From: an uncultured virus (IMG/VR IMGVR_UViG_3300027804_000061)
Taxonomy: Duplodnaviria; Heunggongvirae; Uroviricota; Caudoviricetes
Virus record (IMG/VR): IMGVR_UViG_3300027804_000061
Length of the DNA: 64,000 nucleotides
Direction: 5' to 3' (one strand)
Shown here: positions 17,730 through 26,573 of the stretch, piece after piece
How the letters are laid out: each line of letters opens with the position of its first letter
Numbering within the stretch: the stretch's first letter is position 1
Position numbers and translations under genes: made by a program
The notes under the pieces: generated by a model
What the model was told of the DNA's origin: nothing
Databases searched by the model: none
The model's input: the letters and a program-made list of their open reading frames with translations, nothing else

Positions 17730-17779
17730 GGTCTCATCAGCACACGCATTACGTGTGTATACCCGAAGGCATTTCGACC
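17730..17779 (-). ncRNA. type II hammerhead ribozyme 4 (AUA triplet)
   Basis: GGTCGAAATGCC-TTCG-GGTATA-CACACGTAATGCGTGTG-CTGATGA-GACC; canonical core. Confidence 0.9.
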
Positions 17780-18090
17780 TGAATATAGACAAAAGGGCGG
17801 CAATTCTCAAATCCGCCCTTAAACAATATGCACAGGAACAACAATTTCATTTGTTCCAAAATTTACAACGCATCAACACGCTGTTTGTATTTGCAACTAC
17901 AAACACGTTTGATTTTCGCCTTTGCTTTTGGGTGCAAAGGAACCGCATCCCACACAACACCGACTCACGACCTTGCAAAGCAATCTACGATAGATTGAGT
18001 CACTGCTTTGCAACCGGGTTTCTAGGGCAACCCTGAACGCCCGAGCTCCTGCTCAGACCAAAAACGGACTCCAAAACGGCAAGACAAACT

Positions 18091-18152
18091 GGTCTCATCA
18101 GTGCACGCCTCACGTGCAGATCCCCCTGCATCACACACAGGGGATTTCGACC
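18091..18152 (-). ncRNA. type II hammerhead ribozyme 5 (AUC triplet)
   Basis: GGTCGAAATCCCCTG...CAGGGGGATC-TGCACGTGAGGCGTGCA-CTGATGA-GACC; canonical core. Confidence 0.9.
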
Positions 18153-18376
18153 TAGAGTTCCTCCTTGACAAGCAGCATTTCATCGAACGTGATGAAATGG
18201 GCGTCGCGCTGCGAATCGATTGCGCGCTTCAGATCTACGAGCAGCCACGGCTTTCCGGACTGCATTGCAATCTGCTGGTGCGTCATCTCCCACGGAATAC
18301 CCGTAGGAGAAGACGGCTCAACTCCGGTGTCATACCACCGGATGAGCTCCGTCAGAAACTTCTCGTGCTTGTTCAT
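18152..18376 (-). CDS. hypothetical protein
   Basis: AAGGAG RBS; stop codon abuts hammerhead 5. Confidence 0.65.
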   Translation of the reverse strand: MNKHEKFLTELIRWYDTGVEPSSPTGIPWEMTHQQIAMQSGKPWLLVDLKRAIDSQRDAHFITFDEMLLVKEEL

Positions 18377-18506
18377 AACACTCCTTGTGTGAGCAACAAA
18401 ACTGCTGCTCACAATATCGTAAGAGGTTAACGCCTCTTCCTCATACACGCGTCAGCGCTTATGCACGCCAAAACGTAATAGGGAAGAGGCAATCTCTATC
18501 CGCGCG

Positions 18507-18701
18507 TCAGCGTCTGCGCTTTTGAATAACGGTAATCAAAAGCTTGTCCAACGCGCGCTCCGTTTTGCACTCAAAACCGGCAAAACGGATGACTGCTTCT
18601 ACTTCTTCAACTTCTACAAGAGAAGAGAGAGCAAGAGAAGCCTCGCCTTCAATCTCCGCTACTTCGATAGCAGAGATCAAATGAGCGAACTGCTTGTTCA
18701 T
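18507..18701 (-). CDS. hypothetical protein
   Basis: AAGGAGGT RBS; 64 aa. Confidence 0.65.
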   Translation of the reverse strand: MNKQFAHLISAIEVAEIEGEASLALSSLVEVEEVEAVIRFAGFECKTERALDKLLITVIQKRRR

Positions 18702-18805
18702 AACACCTCCTTGTGTTATGTCGTTGTCTCTGCAACACCGCTATTTTGGCAGACAAAGCGGTGTTGCAGAGCCGAAAAGAGCCGAAAAGAGCCGAAAGGG
18801 TATCG

Positions 18806-19255
18806 CTACTTGCGAATCGGCACCCATTCCAGCTCTTGACGGTCGAAGTTGCCCTTGTGACCACTGTTGATCACGAGAGCGCGCATGGAGAGGTAGATGG
18901 CCTTCTCCTGCCATGCGCGTGCTTCGTCGGCGAATCGCTGCTGACGTTTTGTCAGCGAAACGCCGGCCCGGATGCGCTTCAAGATGTCCTGCTGCGTGGA
19001 CTCTCGAAGCACGGAACCGTCCATCTCGTTCCACGCGCGCATTTTGCCCTGGTAGGCAAACGCGATCATGGAACTGGAGGGACGGAATCCGTAGGCGCGC
19101 TCGAAGTCGTAGCACGCCTGCAAAACTGCCTCGGGGTCCATCGACTTGTAGTGCAGCAAGTCGTCCTTGCTGACCGGCAAATCGATGAACCGGCCCTTCT
19201 TCACAAGGGCGACGGTGTGGCCCGGCGGGCAGCCACTGAAAGCAGAGTTGCTCAT
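18806..19255 (-). CDS. hypothetical protein
   Basis: About 149-aa ORF downstream of two TGAC hairpin motifs. Confidence 0.65.
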   Translation of the reverse strand: MSNSAFSGCPPGHTVALVKKGRFIDLPVSKDDLLHYKSMDPEAVLQACYDFERAYGFRPSSSMIAFAYQGKMRAWNEMDGSVLRESTQQDILKRIRAGVSLTKRQQRFADEARAWQEKAIYLSMRALVINSGHKGNFDRQELEWVPIRK

Positions 19256-19535
19256 GTGCGGAAAACCCCCTTGAAAATAATAAGCGCCCCTCAATGGAGC
19301 GCTTATCTCATACGCGCGTCAGCGCGTCTTGGCTTCCTGCCTGCCCATGTCTGGGAAGCAGGAAGATCCTCATAGGCGCGTCAGCGCCCGATCACTCTAG
19401 ACTCAGGACGCTGAGCGCCTTTTTGACGCGGCAGCGCATTCCCATCGTGCGTATAGAAGCGCAAAGCGAGAAGGAATAACATGCGAAGGCGGACAAACTG
19501 CGGGTCCGCAATGCGACTGCTCAACAGTCGCTGAC

Positions 19536-19568
19536 AAATAAAAAAGAGGGCGGTCATAGACCACCCTC
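19536..19568 (-). terminator. terminator downstream of the RNA polymerase gene
   Basis: GAGGGTGGTC-TAT-GACCGCCCTC-TTTTTTATTT. Confidence 0.8.
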
Positions 19569-19613
19569 CACTGAGGCAGGAGATGATTCCAGTCACCTCC
19601 TGCCTACTACACC

Positions 19614-22418
19614 CTACATTACGTCCGTTTCGACGACGCCGTCATCGGCGCTGGCGTAGTCGAAGTTGCCGTCGTCCGCCCACTCCGGCTCCGGAGTGTC
19701 TCCGTCCAGCGGAATCTCAAAGAACTCGGCCATCACCTTCCCCGTGAAGGTGATTTCCACGCTCTTGATTCCGGGAACGCTGGCGAGTTTGACGTGGTGC
19801 ATTCCCGTCGGAACGACCACGCCAACCATGCCATGCGTCTGTCCGTCGCCCACGCGAACGGACAGCGGATACTTGGGCGTTTCCGCGCTCGTATCGACGA
19901 CTTCAACAGCCGTATACACGGTGTCGTCGTCCATATACTTGGCGCGGAACTCCAGGCCGCCCATGATCTTGCCGATCATGCCGGCCCCTTCGGCGCGCTT
20001 CTCGGCGATGCTGTCCTTGCGGGCAATCAGCATCCGCGCGACCACTTCCGGAAGTGCAAACTTCATTGCAAATCCGGCGTTGTCGCCGCGAGAGAACGCA
20101 GCCCACAGCGCGCTGGCGGCCGATTCCAGCCACGCCGTGTTCTCGTTCTCTTTGCCGAGACTCATTTCGACCGCCTTATCGCGCCACACTTTTCGATAGG
20201 CTTCGAAAAGCTCAGCGCGCAGCATGTCCGCCATGTCCAACGTGACCTTCTTGGCTTTAAGATCGTTGGCAATGTCGCCCATGCGCTTGTACAGGCGGTC
20301 GATCGCCTTGTTCGCCCACTGAAAGCCCTCTCCCGGGATCTCCTCGATCCATCCGGCAAAGAACTTGTTGTCCAGCGTGGACAACTGGATGAGTGGCACC
20401 TCATCCTCGTGGGCGCGAATGAACGCCGCCAGCGGCATCAACTCCTCGTCAGGAGTGTCCGCGTGGCCGAAGAACCTGCTGGGCATGATCGGCTTGCCCG
20501 GTTCCACGACCAGCGGAACGCTGGTGTCGGCGCCAAAGAAGCGAAGAGTTTCCTCTTCTGCCTGCCGTTCCGTCCCTTCAAAGAGGGTGAACGGCTTAAT
20601 GTTCTTCCTCTTCTGAAGCTGGCGGTAGGCATGCATCGAAAGAGTAATGCCATACTCTTCCTGCGCCTCCTTGGACAGTTTGCGGACAAGCTGCATGTCC
20701 GCAGTGGCAGCTTTCTTAACGCTGTCCACCGCTTTCTGCAGCTCCACGCGCAGCACGCCGATCTTCTCATCGGCGTGGGCGGCAGCATGCGCGACCATAC
20801 GCATGATTACCACCCACTTCTGAATCACGTAATCAATCAGGCCGATGCCAGCGGCCATTGATTGCGCAATCATCTTGCTGCGCGACGTCGGGGGTTTCGC
20901 CTTTTGCCGCAGCTTCTCTTCGCTGATCGGCAGCCCCTCGACTGTCTTCCGCATCTCGACTACGACCTCGTCAGGTCGTGCGATGGCAAAGGCATCGCCA
21001 TCAAAGTCGAGCGCCGCACGATTCATCGTGCGCTCGTTGACCCACGCTTCGTACCACCGTACACGCGGGTCAGCGTGCACGATGATTGCAACCATTTCCG
21101 TCCAGTGAGCGAACGGATACCTGATTGCGATGGTATCCACGCCGTCTCGGCCTGTCTTTCCAAACAGGTGCTGGAACACCTTTGGATTGACAGCAACGAC
21201 GTTGTCGCCCAATTCTCGGTTGCAGACCGCGCGGAATCTCCACGCGTAGATTCCCAGACCTGCCAGGATCTGGTAACCTGCGGTGGCAACCCACTCGGTC
21301 AGCGCAGCAACCATCATCTTGCTGCGCATCAGCCGCGTGTCGCCGATGGCGACGCACACAGCTGCAAACAGCTTGATGATGTCGAACTGCTGGAGGTTTC
21401 CCTCCTCGTCCCGAAGCGACGTGCCACGGCCGGCCAGCCAGCGCACGTCGCTGAGACGCTCTCGCAGTTCGCCCAGCTTCGCCGAAACCAGGTTGTGCGC
21501 CTTATTCACAACCTCGCTTGACGCCCACTGGGTCACCTGTGGACCGATCAGGATGGGGCCGGCCAGGTCCTCGTCACCATTGACGATGCCAAACCCCATC
21601 ATGATCTCGTGCACGCCGTCTGGAAGCACAACGCCCTTATTGTGCTTGAGCGTGCCTCTGGGCATTACCAGGTCCACCCCGTCCGGCAGCCGAGCCGGGA
21701 TCAGAGTGCCTTTGCCCAGAATCCACTTGGACGCGTCCTCGTTGTCCAAGTGGAGAATCGCGCGGAACTGCGGGTCGTTCTCAAACACGACCTTATGCTG
21801 CGCAGCCCACGTGCGATCCACGAGCCCCTGGCCGTCGCCAATGCGGGTAAAGCGCGGATCGTCATCCTCGCATACCAGCACTCGGGCGGTTACATGAAAG
21901 TAACCGCCACGAAGGGGCGTATGCAGCGCTCCCGGGCGCACGGCGTCGCCCGCGTCCGGGAACATCGCCTCCATGCGCTTGGCCCAGTGAAAGTCCACCA
22001 CTGGGAGCACTGCACTGTTGCTCTTTGCGGCCTGCGTCATGTACCGCATCCAGCCGCATTTGCGCCCATCCGAGGGGCGGACCGGCCAGTCCACCCCTTG
22101 GATTTCGATGCCCGACCCTCGAATGATATCGAGGGCAAGAGTTGAGATCTCTTCCTCCTCGGTATCAATCAGATCGGGGTCCAACTGCACGCCCGCGATG
22201 AGAGCGCCTTCTTCGCGGGCAATGCATGAGGCGTAGTCCCGGCGCACCCAGGAGTAACTGCTCGCCTTGAGCGGTCCTGGTTGCGCATTGGACATCCCCA
22301 TGCGTTTGAGAGCTGACCAGTTGGTCATCAGCTCCCCGTTGCGTCCCTTTACCACCGGGACAACCACGAACACGTCGTGGATTGTCAAGGTGGCAATTGG
22401 GATTTCGAATACTTTCAC
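19614..22418 (-). CDS. single-subunit DPBB DNA-dependent RNA polymerase (non-virion; YonO/P23-45 gp64-like)
   Basis: GDGQG, PQFRA...GKGTL, IRYP (21114-21122), ALDFDGD (DFDGD at 20994-21008), IG.I and Q.AVD..K motifs, in the order seen in RdRP-like/YonO RNAPs; AGGAGGT RBS. Confidence 0.85.
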   Translation of the reverse strand: MKVFEIPIATLTIHDVFVVVPVVKGRNGELMTNWSALKRMGMSNAQPGPLKASSYSWVRRDYASCIAREEGALIAGVQLDPDLIDTEEEEISTLALDIIRGSGIEIQGVDWPVRPSDGRKCGWMRYMTQAAKSNSAVLPVVDFHWAKRMEAMFPDAGDAVRPGALHTPLRGGYFHVTARVLVCEDDDPRFTRIGDGQGLVDRTWAAQHKVVFENDPQFRAILHLDNEDASKWILGKGTLIPARLPDGVDLVMPRGTLKHNKGVVLPDGVHEIMMGFGIVNGDEDLAGPILIGPQVTQWASSEVVNKAHNLVSAKLGELRERLSDVRWLAGRGTSLRDEEGNLQQFDIIKLFAAVCVAIGDTRLMRSKMMVAALTEWVATAGYQILAGLGIYAWRFRAVCNRELGDNVVAVNPKVFQHLFGKTGRDGVDTIAIRYPFAHWTEMVAIIVHADPRVRWYEAWVNERTMNRAALDFDGDAFAIARPDEVVVEMRKTVEGLPISEEKLRQKAKPPTSRSKMIAQSMAAGIGLIDYVIQKWVVIMRMVAHAAAHADEKIGVLRVELQKAVDSVKKAATADMQLVRKLSKEAQEEYGITLSMHAYRQLQKRKNIKPFTLFEGTERQAEEETLRFFGADTSVPLVVEPGKPIMPSRFFGHADTPDEELMPLAAFIRAHEDEVPLIQLSTLDNKFFAGWIEEIPGEGFQWANKAIDRLYKRMGDIANDLKAKKVTLDMADMLRAELFEAYRKVWRDKAVEMSLGKENENTAWLESAASALWAAFSRGDNAGFAMKFALPEVVARMLIARKDSIAEKRAEGAGMIGKIMGGLEFRAKYMDDDTVYTAVEVVDTSAETPKYPLSVRVGDGQTHGMVGVVVPTGMHHVKLASVPGIKSVEITFTGKVMAEFFEIPLDGDTPEPEWADDGNFDYASADDGVVETDVM

Positions 22419-22433
22419 TGGTTTCCGGACCTC

Positions 22434-22967
22434 CTAAGCCGGCCTCCATTCAAGAATTCGTGCCACCACGAACGTGCGGTCTTCATTGCGCAGGTGGCAG
22501 CGCGCAACGAGACCGAGCTCAGACCAGGACAGAGGGGTGACGACCCGCTCCGTCACCTCGCCCCGAATTCGCCCGTCATAGCGAATCCAGAGCTTGGCTC
22601 TGGTCTTCATGGCCTCGCTCGCGGCCATGGTGAACTCAACGTTGTCCGTGTGGACTACCTGCGAGCGCAGGTTGACGGGGCATTCCGTGCCGTACACGGC
22701 AAAGCCCTGCGCAGCGATCCACACCGCAACCTTTCCCGGGTTGGCAGCCCGTTCAAAGTCGCGGCGCGTACCGTCGCGCATCCACACGCGGGTGCCTGCC
22801 GCCGGGAACTCCACGGCCAGCACCCCAGCAGCCGTGAGTTCCTGCCACGTTTTGCGGTTCTCTTCCTGAACCGGCGTGAACAGTGGCTTGTTCACGCTTT
22901 GGATTGCCCTCAGCTTGGACGGTAGAACAACCGTCACTGGGCACCTCCTGTTAACTACGGTTTTCAT
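22434..22967 (-). CDS. hypothetical protein
   Basis: 177-aa ORF directly upstream of the RNAP gene; start may be the GTG at 22943. Confidence 0.65.
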   Translation of the reverse strand: MKTVVNRRCPVTVVLPSKLRAIQSVNKPLFTPVQEENRKTWQELTAAGVLAVEFPAAGTRVWMRDGTRRDFERAANPGKVAVWIAAQGFAVYGTECPVNLRSQVVHTDNVEFTMAASEAMKTRAKLWIRYDGRIRGEVTERVVTPLSWSELGLVARCHLRNEDRTFVVARILEWRPA

Positions 22968-23187
22968 TGGTAGCCACGCGTCGGGGCCGACCTGCAGGTT
23001 CCGCTCCTGCCCATGTTGTTTGCGCTTGTTTTGCCAGCAAGACGCAGCGCATCAACGACTCGTCAGCTTTGATGCGCATAAAAATAAAAAAATAAAAGAA
23101 AATAAAAAAACAGGGTCGGCTTTGCGGCCGCCCTGTTTAGTTCGTCGGGGTTTTGTTATCGCAGGTGATCCCCTTCCTGCGTGCCGG

Positions 23188-23535
23188 CTAGTTCAAACGA
23201 GCAGAAAACTGCCTTCTGAACCCTTCGATTGAGAGGTTTCCCTCTTCGATCGGGGAGCCGACAATGAGGTAAACCTCATCGCCCTCCCCGCCGTTTTCGA
23301 TTTCCACTCCCTTGGCCGATTGGCCAAGGGAGTAGAACACAAACGCCTGGTGCCACGCCGGTCGCGTAAGCACCTTCGAGTTTGTCCAGACCACCAAAAG
23401 GTGGCCGTTGACAATGGCTGTTTCTGTGAGCTCCGCGAGCTCACTGGCCAGGGCGATGCTGTCGCCGCTGGCCGAAAACGTGCGCTGTTCTCCGGTGTCT
23501 TTGTTCCGGAACAGCGCAAAGGTTGTTGTGGGCAT
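23188..23535 (-). CDS. hypothetical protein
   Basis: 115 aa; AAGGAGG RBS. Confidence 0.75.
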   Translation of the reverse strand: MPTTTFALFRNKDTGEQRTFSASGDSIALASELAELTETAIVNGHLLVVWTNSKVLTRPAWHQAFVFYSLGQSAKGVEIENGGEGDEVYLIVGSPIEEGNLSIEGFRRQFSARLN

Positions 23536-23715
23536 TTGCCCTCCTTTGCTCCTGTGAGCCTAACTGCTTGGCACTGTATCCGTAAACACGGAGCTCAGCC
23601 AACTCAATCAATAAAATAAAAAATAAATAAAAATAAAAAAGCAGGGTCAGCCATACAGCTGCCCTGCCAAGTCGATGGGGTTTTGATGTCGCAGACCCCT
23701 AACTGCGGACGGAGA

Positions 23716-24303
23716 CTAGTCGTTGACTCTGTCTCCGTCGTAGTCGTGTCCTCCCCACCTGAAGTACTGCCAGCCCTCCGGCCGGCTGGCCAGCTCGGCT
23801 TTGTAGGCGGCCTCCCGCCGCTCTTCGGCCGCCGCCTCCTCGGCCGCCTTGGCAGCGGCTTCCGCCGCCTCCAAGGCCACCTCGGCGTCGTGGATGGCCT
23901 CTAGGGCCTTCCACTCCGCCATGAGGGTTTCATAATCTGTCTGTCGGCGCCGTGCCGACTCCAGATTATTCTTGGGGATGTAATAATCCCCCTTTCCCCA
24001 CAGACCGTCGAAACGGTCTGTGAGTTTCTTCCGGACGGCGTTGGCCGCCTGGCGGTATTCCCGGGCTTTGTCCCGGGACCCCTGCCCTCGCTGGATCAGA
24101 GCGCGCTCGCGCTCCTCCAGCGCCTCCAGGCGGCTGGCTTCCGCCTCTATCGCCTCCTCCTGGGCCAACAGAGGCGCGAACGCCTCTTCTGCCTGCAGGA
24201 GGATGCGGCGTAGGGCCGCGACCTCCTCCATCACCGCCGAAGCGGTGACCGGGAAACGAACGGGGGCCGACGAAGACTTCTTGTGATGGATCGTGATGGC
24301 CAT
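23716..24303 (-). CDS. hypothetical coiled-coil protein
   Basis: AAGGAGG RBS; rich in Ala, Glu and Arg. Confidence 0.75.
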   Translation of the reverse strand: MAITIHHKKSSSAPVRFPVTASAVMEEVAALRRILLQAEEAFAPLLAQEEAIEAEASRLEALEERERALIQRGQGSRDKAREYRQAANAVRKKLTDRFDGLWGKGDYYIPKNNLESARRRQTDYETLMAEWKALEAIHDAEVALEAAEAAAKAAEEAAAEERREAAYKAELASRPEGWQYFRWGGHDYDGDRVND

Positions 24304-24581
24304 GATGGCCTCCTTTTGCCGCACAACGCTCCACAACACTCTTCTACCACTGCGTCAACCGGAGCGCCTGTCTGAACACAGATCAGGTCTTATCGAGATG
24401 GTTGCGCTGACAGTGGCAGAGTCTGTATTGCTTCTGCGCTGTACGGCTATAGTCATTCGGGCCCTTATCTACATGCGCGTGCATGCAGCATTGGCCCTGC
24501 AAAAGACATTAAAAATAAAAAAATAAAAAAGAAAAAAATAAAAAACGCGGACACCTTGCTCAGGGTAGTCCGCGTTTGCCG

Positions 24582-25301
24582 TCACCAGCCAGCCTCTTTC
24601 CACCAGTCAGCTCGGCTGGTGCAACCAGCCAACTGGCGCCACTCCTGGAGATTCCAGGAGTGGTGTATTGAGCTTGTGAACGGTTTGGCCCCGACCTGGA
24701 CCAAATCCGCCCACAAGCGGTTCGAAATTCCCCACGACGTTGCGCCGTCATAGCGCACATCGTGAACAAAGTATTCGTTTCCAAATACTTTGGCCGCAAT
24801 GCGCGCTGCAACGTGCAACTTCGCGGGGACTGGCGAAGTAAACCAGAACTCCCTGGTCACCCAGGAGAGTGACTCATCGTCAAACTCCTCGGTAATTTGG
24901 GAATGCCAGTCATACTCGTCAAAACCGTTTACGGTAACGGTTTCGACAAGGTAATTCGCCACTACGTGATAGGTGAACCCGCCTACCACGTAGAACGCTT
25001 CTGGTCTGCCTTCAAACCCCGACCCTTCGTAACGGGTCGAATGTCCAAGGCAAACCAAAGCCGCGTCAACAGGCCCGTCTGAGCAAACGGACCTATTGTC
25101 AATGGCCTCGCCATCCATCCAGAGGCCGGCCAGCGTCCCCTCGACGGCCTGCATTACGTGTGCAGGAACGCTTAGAAGGGTGCCACTCCCTTCCAAGTAA
25201 TGGGCGAGCCACAGGAATCGCTCCCTGCGGGTGACCGCCCAGGCAATGCGCATCACCACCGTAAAGATGATGCGCATCGCCATCAATTTGATGGCTTTCA
25301 T
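24582..25301 (-). CDS. hypothetical protein
   Basis: 239-aa ORF directly after a T-rich motif. Confidence 0.7.
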   Translation of the reverse strand: MKAIKLMAMRIIFTVVMRIAWAVTRRERFLWLAHYLEGSGTLLSVPAHVMQAVEGTLAGLWMDGEAIDNRSVCSDGPVDAALVCLGHSTRYEGSGFEGRPEAFYVVGGFTYHVVANYLVETVTVNGFDEYDWHSQITEEFDDESLSWVTREFWFTSPVPAKLHVAARIAAKVFGNEYFVHDVRYDGATSWGISNRLWADLVQVGAKPFTSSIHHSWNLQEWRQLAGCTSRADWWKEAGW

Positions 25302-25446
25302 GACATCCCCGTTCCAAGGGGCATAAAAATAAAAAAATAAAAAAGAAGAAAATAAAAAAGGTCAGCAGGTTTGTTGTTTCCTGCTGACCTTCGCCGACAG
25401 TGAGGCTTGCTTTTCCCTCACTGCCGGCAACGCGTCTGGTCGGCGG

Positions 25447-25695
25447 TTAAGCCTTCCAGACGCTTTGAAAACCTCGCGAGTACGATCCCTGTCGCGGGGC
25501 AACGTGCCCCACGTTTTCGGCTTGCACGCCTGCCATCTCTAGCAGGTATTTGCGTGCGTTCCAATCTTTGACCCAGAGGGTCACCGATTGACCGGGATTG
25601 TCTGGCAGGCGTGCCAGCAATCCGACAAGGAGTTCCGCGGCGAAACTCACATCGCCGGTTTCGATCTCTTTGAACTCAGTTCTGATGATGAACAT
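25447..25695 (-). CDS. hypothetical protein
   Basis: AAGGAG RBS; 82 aa. Confidence 0.7.
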   Translation of the reverse strand: MFIIRTEFKEIETGDVSFAAELLVGLLARLPDNPGQSVTLWVKDWNARKYLLEMAGVQAENVGHVAPRQGSYSRGFQSVWKA

Positions 25696-26015
25696 GGTTC
25701 TCCTTTTGGTTGTCTTCAGATGGCAGCACACGCTGCAATACCTGTGTTCACACCCTCTTTTGCATTCCTTTCAGTTGCGCTCTCGAATACGAGCGGACAA
25801 CAAGGGACTGCAGGAGCAGTGTTACTGACAGGCGTCGTCTGAAGACAACCGCTAGGCCCTTTCAATGGGCATTAAAAATAAAAGAAGGAAATAAAAAAGG
25901 TCAAGGGGTTTGCTTTTTCCCCTTGACCTTTCGCCGCTAGCAGGGCTTGTTTTTCCCCTGCCAACGGCAACGTAGAGAGACTTCTATACCGCGTCTCTAC
26001 ATTCGCGGTGCCGCA

Positions 26016-26573
26016 CTACTTGCGGCTCTCTGCCAGCGCGCAGCCGCGCACTGCCGCCAGGTTGGCGGCATTGCGGAGCTCGACCTTGGCCTGCGCCAAG
26101 GCGGCCTCGGCAGCGTCGGCGCGCGCTCGGTGCTCGTCCACCTCCTGACCCCACATCACTGTGAGGTCAAAGGCTTCGAGGGCCGCCTTGACCGCCGCCT
26201 CTTTGGCAGCGGCGTTGGCAGCGGCGTTGGCAGCGGCAGTGCGCGCTGCCGCCGCCGCGTCAAAGCGCGCCTGCAGCTCCGCCGCATGCTTTTCGGCGAT
26301 TGCCTGCGTCAGCGCCTTTTCGGCGGCCTGAGCGCGCTCGACCTGAAAGCACCATCCTCGAATCATGACCTTTAGGTCATGGTCGAGGGTTGCGCGTTCA
26401 GCGGCGTCGGCGGCGTCGGCTCGCGCGCGCTCGGACGCGGCGGCTTGCCGTTCTGCTGCGGCGCGGCGGCGACCCTCGGTTTCCCGAGCGGCCTCCGCTG
26501 CGTCAGCGCGAACAGCGACAACGACGGCCGCGACTAGCGCGACGGCGACTGCTACAAGAATCATGAGTTCCAT
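26016..26573 (-). CDS. membrane-anchored Ala-rich coiled-coil protein
   Basis: AAGGAGG RBS; N-terminal TM helix MELMILVAVAVALVAAVVVAV followed by an Ala-rich helix. Confidence 0.75.
   Translation of the reverse strand: MELMILVAVAVALVAAVVVAVRADAAEAARETEGRRRAAAERQAAASERARADAADAAERATLDHDLKVMIRGWCFQVERAQAAEKALTQAIAEKHAAELQARFDAAAAARTAAANAAANAAAKEAAVKAALEAFDLTVMWGQEVDEHRARADAAEAALAQAKVELRNAANLAAVRGCALAESRK

Larger units (their letters stand above)
12598..19388 (-). promoter_or_regulatory. dispersed hairpin motif stem-TGAC-stem, with ATGAG 6 nt after TGAC (about 9 copies)
   Basis: Copies at 12598-12615, 15311-15329, 16017-16035, 16711-16730, 17093-17111, 18440-18458, 18494-18513, 19307-19327 and 19369-19388. 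All lie on the minus strand, upstream of ORFs, with covarying stems. Confidence 0.75.

Noticed and set aside
16169..18152. Repeated 50-65 nt elements as a CRISPR array or attC-like sites
   Set aside because: Spacing is irregular, whole genes lie between copies, and the conserved bases match the hammerhead core.
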